64,000 bases of DNA from positions 10,807 through 74,806 of the forward strand of contig JAFGLF010000006.1 in the NCBI GenBank assembly GCA_016928195.1. The letters run 5' to 3'. The translations under genes were made by a program, and so were the position numbers. Shown here piece after piece: positions 50,793-61,977 of this stretch. Numbering within the stretch: position 1 is the first letter of the stretch; every line of letters starts with the position of its first letter. The notes under the pieces were generated by a model. The model had not been told where the DNA came from and ran no database searches. It worked only from the letters and a program-made list of their open reading frames with translations. The DNA is from Elusimicrobiota bacterium (GTDB taxonomy: Bacteria > Elusimicrobiota > UBA8919).

Positions 50793-52304
50793 ATGAAAAA
50801 AGTCAAAACAGCATTGATAAGTTTATCTGATAAAACGGGTGTCGTTGAATTTGCAAAAAGTTTGCAAAAGTTAAAGGTAAAAATAATTTCCACAGGAGGT
50901 TCTTTAAAAGTCCTGAAAGATGCAGGAATAAAAGCCGTATCTGTAGAAAGTGTTACGGGCTTTCCGGAGGTGCTTGACGGAAGGGTAAAAACTCTGCACC
51001 CTAAGATACACGCAGGTATTCTTGCAGTAAGAAATAAAAAACATCTGGGAGAATTGAAGAAGCTGGGAATCGAACCTATAGATATTGTTGTTGTAAACCT
51101 TTATCCTTTTGAAGCAAAACCTTCGATTGAAAATATAGACATAGGCGGTGTCGCTCTTTTGAGAGCAGCTGCAAAGAATTTTAAGGATATTCTGGTTGTT
51201 TGTGACCCCGGAGATTACTCTGCTGTAATCGAAAATGTAAAAAAATCAAAAGATGATTTGCGGTTCAGAAAAAATCTGATGGCAAAAGCATTCAGACATA
51301 CGGCATATTACGATTCGGTTATTTCTAATTATTTTTCCGACGAACAGTTCCCGGAAAAAATAACGGTCGGCCTTAAAAAACTATCCGGACTCAGATACGG
51401 TGAAAATTCGCATCAGAAAGCCTCCATGTATCAAAGAGGAGATAGTAAATCGAAATCCGAAAATTCAAAACAGCTTCAAGGCAAGGAGCTTTCCTATAAT
51501 AACTATATAGATATAGATTCTGCATTTGGTCTTGTGTCTGAATTTGAAGATCCTTCCTGTGTTATTGTAAAACACTGTAATCCTTGCGGTACGGCTTCAT
51601 CAAAAGATATATTCACAGCATACAAAAATGCCTTGACCTGTGACCCTGTTTCTGCATTTGGCGGAATAGTAGCATTCAATAGATCGGTTGACGGTAAGAC
51701 CGCCCAAGAGGTTATTAAAGTATTTACTGAATGTATTATAGCTCCCGGTTATTCAAAAGATGCATTGAAAGTTTTTTCCCAGAAGAAGAATCTTAGAGTA
51801 TTAATTAAACCGATATGTCGTCCCGATATCCGCATACCGGAAGTGCGTTCGATTTCCGATGGGGTACTTGTATCGGATAAAGATGTCAAGATTTATGAAA
51901 GTTTAAAAGTTATAACTGGGAAGCCTACAAAACAGGAACTGGAATCCCTGAGATTTGCAACTACAGTTGCAAAATGGGTAAAATCAAATGCAATTATACT
52001 GGTAAAAGGAACACAAACAGTAGGTGTGGGGGCGGGTCAAATGTCCAGAATAGATGCATTAAAAATTGCGAATATTAAGATGTCTTCGATTTCGGAATCA
52101 ATAACTCATTTAGAAGACCAGCCTCTTGTACTTGCCAGTGACGCATTCTTTCCGTTTCGCGATGTGGTTGATGAATCGGCGAAAATAGGCGTTACGGCAA
52201 TAATACAGCCCGGAGGTTCGGCAAGAGATGAGGACTCCATATCTGCCTGTAATGAACATGGTATTTCAATGATGTTTACCGGATTGAGACATTTTAGACA
52301 TTAA
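50793..52304 (+). CDS. purH: AICAR transformylase/IMP cyclohydrolase
   Basis: ALISLSDK, GRVKTLHP, LRYGENSHQ, ASDAFFPF, RHFRH. Confidence 0.98.
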   Translation: MKKVKTALISLSDKTGVVEFAKSLQKLKVKIISTGGSLKVLKDAGIKAVSVESVTGFPEVLDGRVKTLHPKIHAGILAVRNKKHLGELKKLGIEPIDIVVVNLYPFEAKPSIENIDIGGVALLRAAAKNFKDILVVCDPGDYSAVIENVKKSKDDLRFRKNLMAKAFRHTAYYDSVISNYFSDEQFPEKITVGLKKLSGLRYGENSHQKASMYQRGDSKSKSENSKQLQGKELSYNNYIDIDSAFGLVSEFEDPSCVIVKHCNPCGTASSKDIFTAYKNALTCDPVSAFGGIVAFNRSVDGKTAQEVIKVFTECIIAPGYSKDALKVFSQKKNLRVLIKPICRPDIRIPEVRSISDGVLVSDKDVKIYESLKVITGKPTKQELESLRFATTVAKWVKSNAIILVKGTQTVGVGAGQMSRIDALKIANIKMSSISESITHLEDQPLVLASDAFFPFRDVVDESAKIGVTAIIQPGGSARDEDSISACNEHGISMMFTGLRHFRH

Positions 52305-52354
52305 AATGTTGATATTGAACATGTATAAAAAATTTAAAAAGTTAAAAACAGAAT

Positions 52355-53065
52355 ATGAGTAAAATAAATGATTGGATAACTAGTATTTCTACTTTTGTTT
52401 TAGCAATTGCAACAATAGTTTTAGCAACTTACACAGTAAGGCTTTTTTTAATAAACACAGAACTTGTTGAAAGTACAAAAGATTATGTGAATGCAACTAA
52501 GAGCATGGCAACATTAAATAAAGAATATGTAAAAGAAACTAGGGATTTAGTAAAGACTACAATTGAACAAACAAACTTTATGCGTCAACAATGGGAATAT
52601 GAACATAGTCCACATATCGTTGCCGACTATTCTGTTAGGTTTGGCGGACCAGGTGTGGAAAACCCTTCTCTAAAAATATATTTAGAAAATATTGGTAAGG
52701 GTGCGTGTGAAATACTTCAATATAAATTGAGTGTTTTTGATAAAAGCGGTTCTATTGAGAATTTTTATAGTGGACAAAAATATACAATATGGCATGGGTA
52801 TATAACTAAACTGCTTGAAAAATTAAAAAATGGTTTTGAAGTTGATCTTAAATATGCTTTTGCTAACTCAACTAAAACCAAAAATTACAAATTTAAAGTA
52901 AATCTTCTTAAACCTTCTGAAAGAGACATGTCTGATATATATAATATTTTAGAAAAACTTCACAAAGATTTTGCATATATGTATCCAGAATCTAAATATA
53001 ATATTTCTGGTAAGTTACATAATATTAATGAAAGCCTTGAAAAGATTGAGAAGAAGACTAAATAG
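52355..53065 (+). CDS. Hypothetical protein, N-terminal TM helix plus coiled region (AT-rich insert)
   Basis: ORF track; hydrophobic N-terminus; no recognised motif. Confidence 0.6.
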   Translation: MSKINDWITSISTFVLAIATIVLATYTVRLFLINTELVESTKDYVNATKSMATLNKEYVKETRDLVKTTIEQTNFMRQQWEYEHSPHIVADYSVRFGGPGVENPSLKIYLENIGKGACEILQYKLSVFDKSGSIENFYSGQKYTIWHGYITKLLEKLKNGFEVDLKYAFANSTKTKNYKFKVNLLKPSERDMSDIYNILEKLHKDFAYMYPESKYNISGKLHNINESLEKIEKKTK

Positions 53066-53154
53066 TAGACTAAAAAAGTATAGTCTGTGAAGAAATGTAA
53101 TCATACACCATTGGAGAGCCGACTATTAGTTCATTTTTGTAAAGGTAATATTAT

Positions 53155-54525
53155 ATGTACACAAACCAATCAACAGTAATATCTTTATCAAAACATCAAG
53201 ATGTAGTAAATAATAATATTGAAAATACCAAGAAGGATTTCGGTATTTTTTTTACGCCTGAACGAATTGTTAACTTTATGATTGAAATGATTGATATGAA
53301 AAAAATATCTTCAAGAAATGATGTTTTTATACTTGAACCAGCATGTGGTTTAGCACAATTTTTATATGGAGTTAAAAGAATTAAACCATCTCTTTATAAT
53401 AAATCAAAACTTTTTGGAGTTGAGGTTAATCAAGATATACAAAATTATTCAAAAACATTACCTTTTAGTAAAGAATACGCTTTATATAAAGAAGATTATT
53501 TATTGTTTGAAACAAATATTCACTTTGATATAATTATTGGTAATCCACCTTATGGAATACCAAGTATGTCAAAACATTATAAGATAAAAACATCATCAGA
53601 GACAAAACAACTGTATAAGAATATATATAAAACTTGGTCTGGTAAATATAATGTTTATGGGGCTTTTATAGAAAAGTCTATAAATTTACTAAACAACAAT
53701 GGGCAATTAATCTTTATAGTACCTGCTACTTTTATGATTCTGGATGATTTTAAAAAACTAAGAAACTATTTATCAAATAGTGGGTATACTTCTTTAACTT
53801 ATACCGGGCCCGATGTGTTTAAGCCTGAAGCTGATGTGTCATCGGTTATATTGTATTTTCGTAAGTCTCATAAGGTGAATAGTTTAAAACTTGCCGAATA
53901 TAAAAATAATAGTATACATACTGTTTATGAAAATAGTAATTGGAATGGAGAGGTAATTAGGTTCGTGACAGAGTATACAAAAAAATTGGATAATCGATGT
54001 TCATATAAATTAGGTGACATTTATAACATAAATATATCTTCAAGAACCCCCGAAATTAAGGATAATATTTATATTAAAAAAGGAAAACCTTTAAATATAA
54101 ATGATTATTACCCATTACTTAATGGCCGTAACTTAAAATGTAATAAAATAAATTATGATAATCTGACAGGATATTGGATAAAAAAAGAAAATTCAAATAA
54201 ACTGCGAGGATATTATAATAAACCGCATATAGTTATTGGGTTGGGTTTTCGTGAAGATGGTAGATTGGCAGCAGCTTATGATAGAAAATGCTATCCATGG
54301 ATGGGTGATATTTATCACTTGTCGAAAAAAAATGATTTGTTTTTTGCCAATTTTGATATCTCTGAAATAGATTTGTTAGCATATCTTAATTCTGATTATG
54401 TAAAAAGGTATATTAAGGAAACATATCGTGAAATTACTTATCATTTAAGTATTACTCAATTAAAGAATTTACCTGTACCGTCCGATAAAGAATGGAAAAT
54501 AATTAAAGCAAGGGGAAAAATGTGA
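53155..54525 (+). CDS. N6-adenine DNA methyltransferase, M.TaqI-like (gamma class)
   Basis: FFTP, LEPACG, GNPPYG, TW.GKYN.YGAF.EK, VPAT, GRNLK, YPW: collinear with M.TaqI as recalled. Confidence 0.92.
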   Translation: MYTNQSTVISLSKHQDVVNNNIENTKKDFGIFFTPERIVNFMIEMIDMKKISSRNDVFILEPACGLAQFLYGVKRIKPSLYNKSKLFGVEVNQDIQNYSKTLPFSKEYALYKEDYLLFETNIHFDIIIGNPPYGIPSMSKHYKIKTSSETKQLYKNIYKTWSGKYNVYGAFIEKSINLLNNNGQLIFIVPATFMILDDFKKLRNYLSNSGYTSLTYTGPDVFKPEADVSSVILYFRKSHKVNSLKLAEYKNNSIHTVYENSNWNGEVIRFVTEYTKKLDNRCSYKLGDIYNINISSRTPEIKDNIYIKKGKPLNINDYYPLLNGRNLKCNKINYDNLTGYWIKKENSNKLRGYYNKPHIVIGLGFREDGRLAAAYDRKCYPWMGDIYHLSKKNDLFFANFDISEIDLLAYLNSDYVKRYIKETYREITYHLSITQLKNLPVPSDKEWKIIKARGKM

Positions 54526-55178
54526 GATTAGATGAAGCAAGATTCGTGGAAATTGTCAGCGAACTTATAAAGTTTAAATCCTCTACAACAAGGATTCCTA
54601 TTAAAGCAACTAGCTGGGAAGAATTGATTTGTGCAACATTAATTTTTATGTATGGAGCTGATAAGATAAATTGGGACCCACAATCTCATGAAAAGAGTAT
54701 TGATATTACGTTCAAAACAAATGGAGATATTTTTAAAGTTTCAGCTAAAGCAGGTGAAATAAAGAAAGGTATACTTACGATATCATCTTACAGATTAACA
54801 ACATTCAATACCTTAAATGAAAAACTAAATTTTATTAAAAAGCAGCATAATTCTTTTGATTTTTATCTAATTTGTGCACGAGCAGTAGAAGGTAATTTTA
54901 TAACATATAATGTTATAAAAGCACAGGCTAAAAGATTAGCTGATGCTTGGTTTACTGATAATAAAAATTGGTCAAAATCCTCTGGGGGCTATATATTGAA
55001 ATCGGGGTTAGGTTTTAATGCAAATATATGCCATAAGATGTCTGACCAATTATGGTATTCAATTCCAATGTCATATTTTAATACTGATGAAGTAATAGCC
55101 CATATCCCAGTTAATAAAAATGATTTAGGGAAAGGATTAGTAGAATTTTTAAAAGAAAGATTTTTAAACAACAAATGA
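54522..55178 (+). CDS. Putative type II restriction endonuclease
   Basis: Coupled to MTase by GTGA overlap; WEE..SID..VSAK resembles a PD-(D/E)xK-type core. Confidence 0.55.
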   Translation: MRLDEARFVEIVSELIKFKSSTTRIPIKATSWEELICATLIFMYGADKINWDPQSHEKSIDITFKTNGDIFKVSAKAGEIKKGILTISSYRLTTFNTLNEKLNFIKKQHNSFDFYLICARAVEGNFITYNVIKAQAKRLADAWFTDNKNWSKSSGGYILKSGLGFNANICHKMSDQLWYSIPMSYFNTDEVIAHIPVNKNDLGKGLVEFLKERFLNNK

Positions 55179-57526
55179 AAACAGTATTAGTTAACCTTCT
55201 TAAAGCAGATAATACTCAGCTCCAGAAAATAAGTAAAGATTGTCTTTTATCACTGAATCTTGAAGAGATGAAGGCAATACAGGAATATTTTAAAAGTAAA
55301 AAAAGAAATCCTACCGACGCCGAGCTTGAAACAATCGCACAAACCTGGTCTGAACATTGTAAACATAAAACATTGACAGGAATTATAGAATACAAGTGGC
55401 AGACAGCAGGGGGCAAATGGCAGACAAAGACATATAATAATCTTTTGAAAGAAACGATTTTTAAGGCTACAAAAGAACTTAATAAAAAATGGTGTCTTTC
55501 CGTTTTTGAAGATAATGCAGGCATAATAGAGTTTGACAAAAAAAATGCCGTTGCTTTTAAGGTTGAGACGCATAATCATCCCTCGGCTATAGAACCCTAT
55601 GGCGGTGCAGGTACGGGTATTGGAGGCGTTATACGTGATATAATGGGTGTCGGACTTGGTGCCAGGCCCATTATGAATACCGATATATTCTGTTTCGGTC
55701 CTCCGGATTATCCTTCACGGGAAGTTCCGGAAGGTGTCCTGCATCCTAAAAGGGTTTTTAAGGGTGTTGTCTGGGGTGTCAGGGATTATGGTAACAGAAT
55801 GGGTATCCCCACTGCAAATGGTTCTGTAGTTTTTGATAAAGGATATGTTTTCAATCCTCTTGTATACTGCGGTACCATCGGCGTTTTACCAAAAAACAAA
55901 TCTTTTAAGAAAGTTTCGCCGGGCGATTTAATTCTGGCTGTCGGGGGCAGGACAGGCAGAGACGGTATTCACGGCGCTACTTTCTCCTCGCTTTCTCTAG
56001 GTAAAAATATCTCTTCAAGTGTTGTTCAGATAGGCAATCCTATTGTTGAAAAGAAACTGGTTGATACTATTATTCAGGCAAGGGATAAAAATTTGTATAA
56101 TGCAATAACCGACTGCGGTGCCGGCGGATTTTCGTCTGCAGTCGGAGAGCTTGCGATTTTTTCAGGCGGGGTAAAAGCCTTTCTGGAAAAAGCGCCGCTC
56201 AAGTATAAAGGATTATCTCCTTGGGAAATATGGATTTCTGAAGCCCAGGAACGGATGGTGTTGGCGGTTCCTAAAAAAAATCTGAAAAAAATTTTAAAAA
56301 TCTTTACCGATGAAGATGTTGAGACAACTATTTTGGGTGAATTTACAGATACAGGTAAACTTGAAGTTTTTTATAAAAAGAAAAGAGTTTGTTGTCTTGA
56401 TATGGATTTTCTCCATAAGGGAGTCCCTAAATTAAAAAAGAATGCTGTATGGAACGGTAACGGAAAAACAGATTTTGAAATTCCAATAGATACAAAGACA
56501 CCAGGTCTTTTGCCTAAACTGAAAGAACTTCTATCATCATGTAATATATGTTCCAAAGAATGGGTGATCCGGCAGTACGATTATGAAGTTCAGGCACAGA
56601 CAGTCGTTAAACCTCTTGTGGGAGTAAAGAATGAAGGCCCGTCAGATGCATCGGTAATAAAGCCGTTTTTTGATTCCTATTGTGGCATTGTCGTGTCAAA
56701 CGGAATAAATCTATATGGGAAAAAAGATCCTTATTGGATGGCTGCATCGGCAATTGATGAATCCTTACGGAATATTGTCGCTGTAGGAGGTAATTTGAAT
56801 AAAACCGCACTCCTTGATAATTTCTGCTGGGGTATTTTGGATAAACCGGAAGAACTCGGCGGCTTAGTCAGGGCTGCGGAGTCATGCTATGATATGACAA
56901 AAGTATTTGAAACACCTTTTATTTCCGGAAAGGATAGTTTAAACAATAAATATGTTTTACAGGATGGTAAGCTGATATCCATTCCTCCGACGTTACTGAT
57001 TTCTGCCATGTCTGTTATAGATGATATACGAAAATGTATTACCATGGATCTGAAAGAAGCAGGCAATCCGGTTTATATTATAGGAATTACAAAAAGCGAG
57101 TATCCGCCGCAGGTTGACCCGAAAACGTCAAAAAAACAGATGATATCTTTACAGAAAGCTATTCAGAAGGGAACAGTTTCGTCCTGTCATGACTGCTCGG
57201 AAGGCGGATTAGCGGTTGCGTGCAGTGAAATGTGTTTTTCCGGTGAATTCGGGATGGAAATCGATCTAAGAAATGTTCCTGTAAGCGGCAGAATAAACGA
57301 CGAAACAATTCTTTTTTCTGAAACAAACAGCAGGTTTATTGTGGAAGTGAAAAAAGAGAAAGAGCAGGAATTTAAAAAGATTTTACAAGAGATAAATTTT
57401 GCAAAAATCGGAACAGTTATTAAAAATAAAAAGTTTAATATTAAAGGAATTGACGGAAAAGAAGTTATTGATGCCGATATCTTTGAATTAAAGGAATGTT
57501 GGCAGAAGACACTGTCAAATATTTAA
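55175..57526 (+). CDS. purL: FGAM synthase subunit PurL
   Basis: WSEHCKHK, KVETHNHPS, DCGAGG, SEAQERM, QYD, HDCSEGG. Confidence 0.97.
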   Translation: MKTVLVNLLKADNTQLQKISKDCLLSLNLEEMKAIQEYFKSKKRNPTDAELETIAQTWSEHCKHKTLTGIIEYKWQTAGGKWQTKTYNNLLKETIFKATKELNKKWCLSVFEDNAGIIEFDKKNAVAFKVETHNHPSAIEPYGGAGTGIGGVIRDIMGVGLGARPIMNTDIFCFGPPDYPSREVPEGVLHPKRVFKGVVWGVRDYGNRMGIPTANGSVVFDKGYVFNPLVYCGTIGVLPKNKSFKKVSPGDLILAVGGRTGRDGIHGATFSSLSLGKNISSSVVQIGNPIVEKKLVDTIIQARDKNLYNAITDCGAGGFSSAVGELAIFSGGVKAFLEKAPLKYKGLSPWEIWISEAQERMVLAVPKKNLKKILKIFTDEDVETTILGEFTDTGKLEVFYKKKRVCCLDMDFLHKGVPKLKKNAVWNGNGKTDFEIPIDTKTPGLLPKLKELLSSCNICSKEWVIRQYDYEVQAQTVVKPLVGVKNEGPSDASVIKPFFDSYCGIVVSNGINLYGKKDPYWMAASAIDESLRNIVAVGGNLNKTALLDNFCWGILDKPEELGGLVRAAESCYDMTKVFETPFISGKDSLNNKYVLQDGKLISIPPTLLISAMSVIDDIRKCITMDLKEAGNPVYIIGITKSEYPPQVDPKTSKKQMISLQKAIQKGTVSSCHDCSEGGLAVACSEMCFSGEFGMEIDLRNVPVSGRINDETILFSETNSRFIVEVKKEKEQEFKKILQEINFAKIGTVIKNKKFNIKGIDGKEVIDADIFELKECWQKTLSNI

Positions 57527-57543
57527 GTTAACCGGAAGGGTAT

Positions 57544-59142
57544 ATGACCAAAAAATTTATTTTTGTTACAGGCGGAGTTGTTTCCTCACTCGGAAAGGGT
57601 ATTACAACCGCATCGATTGGAATACTTCTGAAAAGCAAAGGCATTAAAGTGAATGTGTTAAAAATGGACCCATACTTAAATGTGGATCCCGGCACAATGA
57701 GTCCGTATCAGCATGGAGAAGTTTTTGTCACTGAGGATGGTGCCGAGGCAGATCTGGATCTCGGTTACTATGAAAGGTTTTTAGATATAAATATGTATAA
57801 AAAGAATAATGTTACTACCGGGCAGATTTATGAAACCATCCTAATGAGAGAAAGACGCGGAGATTACTTAGGAAAAACAATTCAGGTAATACCGCATGTT
57901 ACCAATGAAATAAAAGCCAGAATAAGCAAGGTAAGCGAGGATTCGGATATAACCATTGTAGAACTCGGCGGAACCGTAGGCGATATAGAAGGACTTCCGT
58001 TTCTGGAGGCAATAAGACAGTTTAAAATAGATAAAGGACGGGACAATGTGTTATATATACATTTAACACTGATCCCGTATATTCAGACAGCTGAAGAACT
58101 GAAGACGAAACCGACACAGCAGTCGGTCGGAAAACTCAGAGAAATTGGAATAGAACCTGATATTATAATAGCAAGAACGGAAAAACCTCTGACAAACGAA
58201 ATTAAATCAAAAATATCCTTATTCTGTAATGTTAAAAAGGAAGCTGTAATAGAGGAAATAGATGTCGGCGCTGGAAATATTTACGCTATACCGCTTATAC
58301 TGAGAGAACAGGGGCTGGATAAGATTATTTTAAGGTGTCTTAAGATTTTTTCTAAGAAACAGGATATGCATAACTGGAAAAAACTGGTTGAGAGTAAAAA
58401 GAGTTTTAAGAAGAAGGTTGAAATTGCCATTGCTGGAAAATATACAGGTTTAAAAGATGCATATAAAAGCATCTGTTCTGCATTGGTTCATGCCGGTTTC
58501 GCCAATAAAGTAAATGTTAAGATAAAGTATGTTGATGCAGAGAGCAATTCGCTCGGAGATGATTTAAAAGATGTAGGCGGTGTAATTCTTCCGGGCGGGT
58601 TTGGAGAAAGGGGAATTGAGGGGAAGATAGATGTGGCAAAATATGCCAGGGAAAACAATATTCCTTTTCTGGGCATATGTCTCGGGATGCAGTGTGCTGT
58701 GATTGAATTTGCAAGGAATGTGTGCGGTATGAAAAATGCCAATAGTACAGAGTTTAATCCAGAGACTCCTTATCCAGTGATTGATTTATTGCCATTGCAG
58801 AGAAAAATCAAAACAAAAGGCGGCACAATGCGACTTGGAAGTTATCCGTGTGTTCTGAGCGAAGGTACAACCGCATATAATTCATATAAATCAAAAAAGA
58901 TTTCTGAAAGACACAGGCACCGTTATGAATTTAATAATAAATATAAGAAAAAATTAGTATCAAAAGGACTTTTAATTGCAGGACAGTATAACGGTCTTGT
59001 AGAGGTTGTAGAATTGAAAGAGCACCCATGGTTCGTTGCTACACAGTATCATCCGGAGTTTAAGTCGCGGCCGCTGAACCCGCACCCGTTATTTAAAGGC
59101 CTTGTTAAAGAGGCTATAGAATATACCAATGGGAGAAAATAA
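57544..59142 (+). CDS. pyrG: CTP synthase
   Basis: [40 protein letters not shown]. Confidence 0.98.
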   Translation: MTKKFIFVTGGVVSSLGKGITTASIGILLKSKGIKVNVLKMDPYLNVDPGTMSPYQHGEVFVTEDGAEADLDLGYYERFLDINMYKKNNVTTGQIYETILMRERRGDYLGKTIQVIPHVTNEIKARISKVSEDSDITIVELGGTVGDIEGLPFLEAIRQFKIDKGRDNVLYIHLTLIPYIQTAEELKTKPTQQSVGKLREIGIEPDIIIARTEKPLTNEIKSKISLFCNVKKEAVIEEIDVGAGNIYAIPLILREQGLDKIILRCLKIFSKKQDMHNWKKLVESKKSFKKKVEIAIAGKYTGLKDAYKSICSALVHAGFANKVNVKIKYVDAESNSLGDDLKDVGGVILPGGFGERGIEGKIDVAKYARENNIPFLGICLGMQCAVIEFARNVCGMKNANSTEFNPETPYPVIDLLPLQRKIKTKGGTMRLGSYPCVLSEGTTAYNSYKSKKISERHRHRYEFNNKYKKKLVSKGLLIAGQYNGLVEVVELKEHPWFVATQYHPEFKSRPLNPHPLFKGLVKEAIEYTNGRK

Positions 59143-59155
59143 CGTGAATGTCTGC

Positions 59156-59242
59156 TGATATGTTTATATGTTGATACGTTGATATGTAAAATCCTATATC
59201 CGTATCAGCGTATCACCGTATCATCTTATTCTTTCGCGAAGC
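59156..59242. repeat. 8-mer TGATAYGT / CGTATCA periodic hairpin ending in GCGAAGC
   Basis: Direct reading. Confidence 0.75.
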
Positions 59243-59247
59243 GAATT

Positions 59248-60042
59248 ATGAAAAAAGTCAACGTAATAGTATTAAAAACAGCCGGAACAAATAATGATCT
59301 TGAAACGGCACAGGGTTTTAGACTTGCAGGTGCCGACGCTGATATTGTGCATATAAACAAACTTTTGAGAAATGAGGTTAACATAAAAAAAAGCGAGTAT
59401 AAAATCCTTGCTATCCCCGGCGGTTTTTCCTATGGTGATGATATTTCGGCAGGCAAGATTTTTGCAAATAAATTAAAATATAAACTGGAAAAAGGAATAA
59501 CGGAATTTGCGAAATCAGGAAAACTTATTATAGGTATTTGTAACGGATTCCAGGTTCTTGTAAAATCAGGGCTCCTTCCTTTTACGGACGGTAATCAATC
59601 CGCCACTCTCACATATAATGATTCCGGGAAATTTGAATGCAGGTGGGTATATTTAAAGACAATGCGGAATGCGGAATCCGGAACCCGGAATTTTTGGGTC
59701 AAGGGTCTTCCGGAGATAATTCAGCTTCCTGTGGCACATGGCGAAGGAAAGTTCGTTTGTTATAAAAATGCTGGTGACTTAATTAAAAGGAGAGGGCTTA
59801 TAGTTTTTAAATATGTCGATGAATATGGCGAGGAAAAGGGTTATCCGTATAATCCAAACGGGTCATTTGATAATATTGCCGGTATAACAAATACAGAGGG
59901 CAATATTTTCGGTCTTATGCCTCATCCTGAAAGGTTTGCGATAAAATATCATCATCCTTTCTGGACAAGAAATAAAAATACTGAGCCGTATGGACTACAG
60001 ATTTTAAAAAATGCTGTGAATTATTCAAAGGAGAATTTATAA
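59248..60042 (+). CDS. purQ: FGAM synthase subunit PurQ
   Basis: GTNND, PGGFSYGD, GICNGFQ, AHGEG, MPHPER. Confidence 0.97.
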   Translation: MKKVNVIVLKTAGTNNDLETAQGFRLAGADADIVHINKLLRNEVNIKKSEYKILAIPGGFSYGDDISAGKIFANKLKYKLEKGITEFAKSGKLIIGICNGFQVLVKSGLLPFTDGNQSATLTYNDSGKFECRWVYLKTMRNAESGTRNFWVKGLPEIIQLPVAHGEGKFVCYKNAGDLIKRRGLIVFKYVDEYGEEKGYPYNPNGSFDNIAGITNTEGNIFGLMPHPERFAIKYHHPFWTRNKNTEPYGLQILKNAVNYSKENL

Positions 60043-61319
60043 TGGGTGGAACGAATATTCTTATTATTGGTTCCGGAGGGAGAGAACATGCTATTGCCTG
60101 GAAATTAAAACAATCTAAAAAGGTATCAAAGCTTTTCTGTATTCCCGGCAATGGCGGAATTTTACAGGATACTGCAAGGGCTGATGGAGGTAAAATTGAT
60201 ATTCTTGACTTCGACGGGATATACGGGTTTGTAAAAGAAAATAAAATTGATCTGACCATAGTCGGTCCTGAGCTTCCTCTCTCTGAAGGTATAGTTGATT
60301 ATTTTAAAACAAAAAATTTAAAGATTTTTGGGCCTGACCGTAGATCAGCACAGCTTGAATCAAGTAAGATTTTCGCAAAAGAGTTCATGGAAAAATATAA
60401 CATACCGACAGCCGCTTTTGAAGTCTTTGATAATTATGATTTGGCAGTTAAACATATTGAACATTATACATCACACATTGCGCGTTCATTAGTCGTTAAA
60501 GCTGATGGCCTTGCTGCCGGGAAAGGTGTTTTTGTTTGTGATTCCAAAGAAGATGCTGAGGATGCTGTAAAAAAGATAATGGTAGATAAAATATTCAGTA
60601 GTGCAGGGAAGAGGGTTATTATTGAAGAGAAACTTACGGGACAGGAAGCATCGCTCATGGCATTGTGTGATGGTAAAACCATACTGCCTTTAGTACCATC
60701 TCAGGATCACAAAAGAATCTTTGATGGGGATAGGGGTCCGAATACCGGCGGTATGGGTGCATATGCACCGGCAAAAATACTGGACGAGGCTTCTGCTAAA
60801 AAACTAATATTTGATAATTTTTTAAGAGGATTGAAGGAAGAATCCCTGGATTTTAAGGGTGTAATTTACGCAGGAATAATGTTAACCAATCATGGCATAA
60901 GTGTTCTGGAATTTAATGTTAGGTTTGGGGATCCCGAGACGCAGGTTATACTTCCGCTTTTAAAGACAGATTTACTAGAACTTATTTTGGCGACGGTTGA
61001 CGGGAATCTTAATAAATGTAAAATAAGTTGGGAGGATGGTAGCTGTGTGTCTGTTGTTTTAGCTTCTGGAGGATATCCGGGAAAATATGATAAAGGAAAG
61101 GAAATTTTTGGTTTGAATAATATAGGTGATGCTGTTGCTTTTCATGCAGGGACGAAATTTGAAGACAATAAATATTTGACAAGTGGCGGCAGGGTATTAA
61201 ATGTTTCTGCAATTGATTCTACTCTTAAAGGGGCAATTTCAAAGGTTTATAAAAACGTTGAAAAAATAAAATTTGATGGCATGCATTTCCGGCGTGATAT
61301 TGCTGCCAAAGGACTATAA
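60042..61319 (+). CDS. purD: Phosphoribosylamine-glycine ligase
   Basis: GSGGREHA, KADGLAAGKGV, QDHKR, NTGGMG, EFNVRFGDPE. Confidence 0.98.
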   Translation: MGGTNILIIGSGGREHAIAWKLKQSKKVSKLFCIPGNGGILQDTARADGGKIDILDFDGIYGFVKENKIDLTIVGPELPLSEGIVDYFKTKNLKIFGPDRRSAQLESSKIFAKEFMEKYNIPTAAFEVFDNYDLAVKHIEHYTSHIARSLVVKADGLAAGKGVFVCDSKEDAEDAVKKIMVDKIFSSAGKRVIIEEKLTGQEASLMALCDGKTILPLVPSQDHKRIFDGDRGPNTGGMGAYAPAKILDEASAKKLIFDNFLRGLKEESLDFKGVIYAGIMLTNHGISVLEFNVRFGDPETQVILPLLKTDLLELILATVDGNLNKCKISWEDGSCVSVVLASGGYPGKYDKGKEIFGLNNIGDAVAFHAGTKFEDNKYLTSGGRVLNVSAIDSTLKGAISKVYKNVEKIKFDGMHFRRDIAAKGL

Positions 61320-61323
61320 AAAT

Positions 61324-61407
61324 GATTACAGCGATTAATCCGCCAGCCGGCGGAGATGATTTCAGTGATTAGAATTATTGTAATCGTTGTACATAATCAC
61401 CGTAATC
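61324..61407. repeat. GATTACAG/GTAATC periodic hairpin with nested TCCGCCAGCCGGCGGA
   Basis: Direct reading. Confidence 0.75.
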
Positions 61408-61439
61408 AATATTTATATAATGATAGGGGATGAAGTAAA

Positions 61440-61958
61440 ATGAAAAAACCTTTGGTAAGTGTTGTAATGGGAAGTGATTCCGATTTGTCTCAGATGAAAC
61501 ATTGTGCGGAAATGCTTGAATATTTTGGGATACCGTTTGAAATTACATTTACATCTGCACACAGGACACCGGAAAAGGCGGCTTCATATGCAAAGAATCT
61601 GTCCAAACGGGGAATTCAGATAGTTATTGCAGGTGCTGGTGGCGCCGCACATCTTGCGGGTGTTATTGCATCCTTAACAGTATTACCTGTTATTGGTGTG
61701 CCAATGAAAACAAAATCGCTTTCAGGTGTTGACTCTCTCTATTCTATTGTTCAAATGCCTAAGGGTATTCCGGTTGCGACGGTTACTATTGGAGAAGCGG
61801 GGGCAGCTAATGCTGCAATACTTGCTGCTGAAATATTGGGTTTAAAAAATATTAATATTAAAAAGAAACTTATGCTTTATAAGAAAAAACTCACAAATGG
61901 TGTTTCCAGGAAAGCGTTAAAACTTAAAAAAGTAGGCTATAAGCACTATCAGGTATAA
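61440..61958 (+). CDS. purE: N5-CAIR mutase
   Basis: MGSDSD, SAHRTP, AGGAAHL, VQMPKG.PVAT. Confidence 0.97.
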   Translation: MKKPLVSVVMGSDSDLSQMKHCAEMLEYFGIPFEITFTSAHRTPEKAASYAKNLSKRGIQIVIAGAGGAAHLAGVIASLTVLPVIGVPMKTKSLSGVDSLYSIVQMPKGIPVATVTIGEAGAANAAILAAEILGLKNINIKKKLMLYKKKLTNGVSRKALKLKKVGYKHYQV

Positions 61959-61977
61959 AAAAACTGGAACGTTTAAA

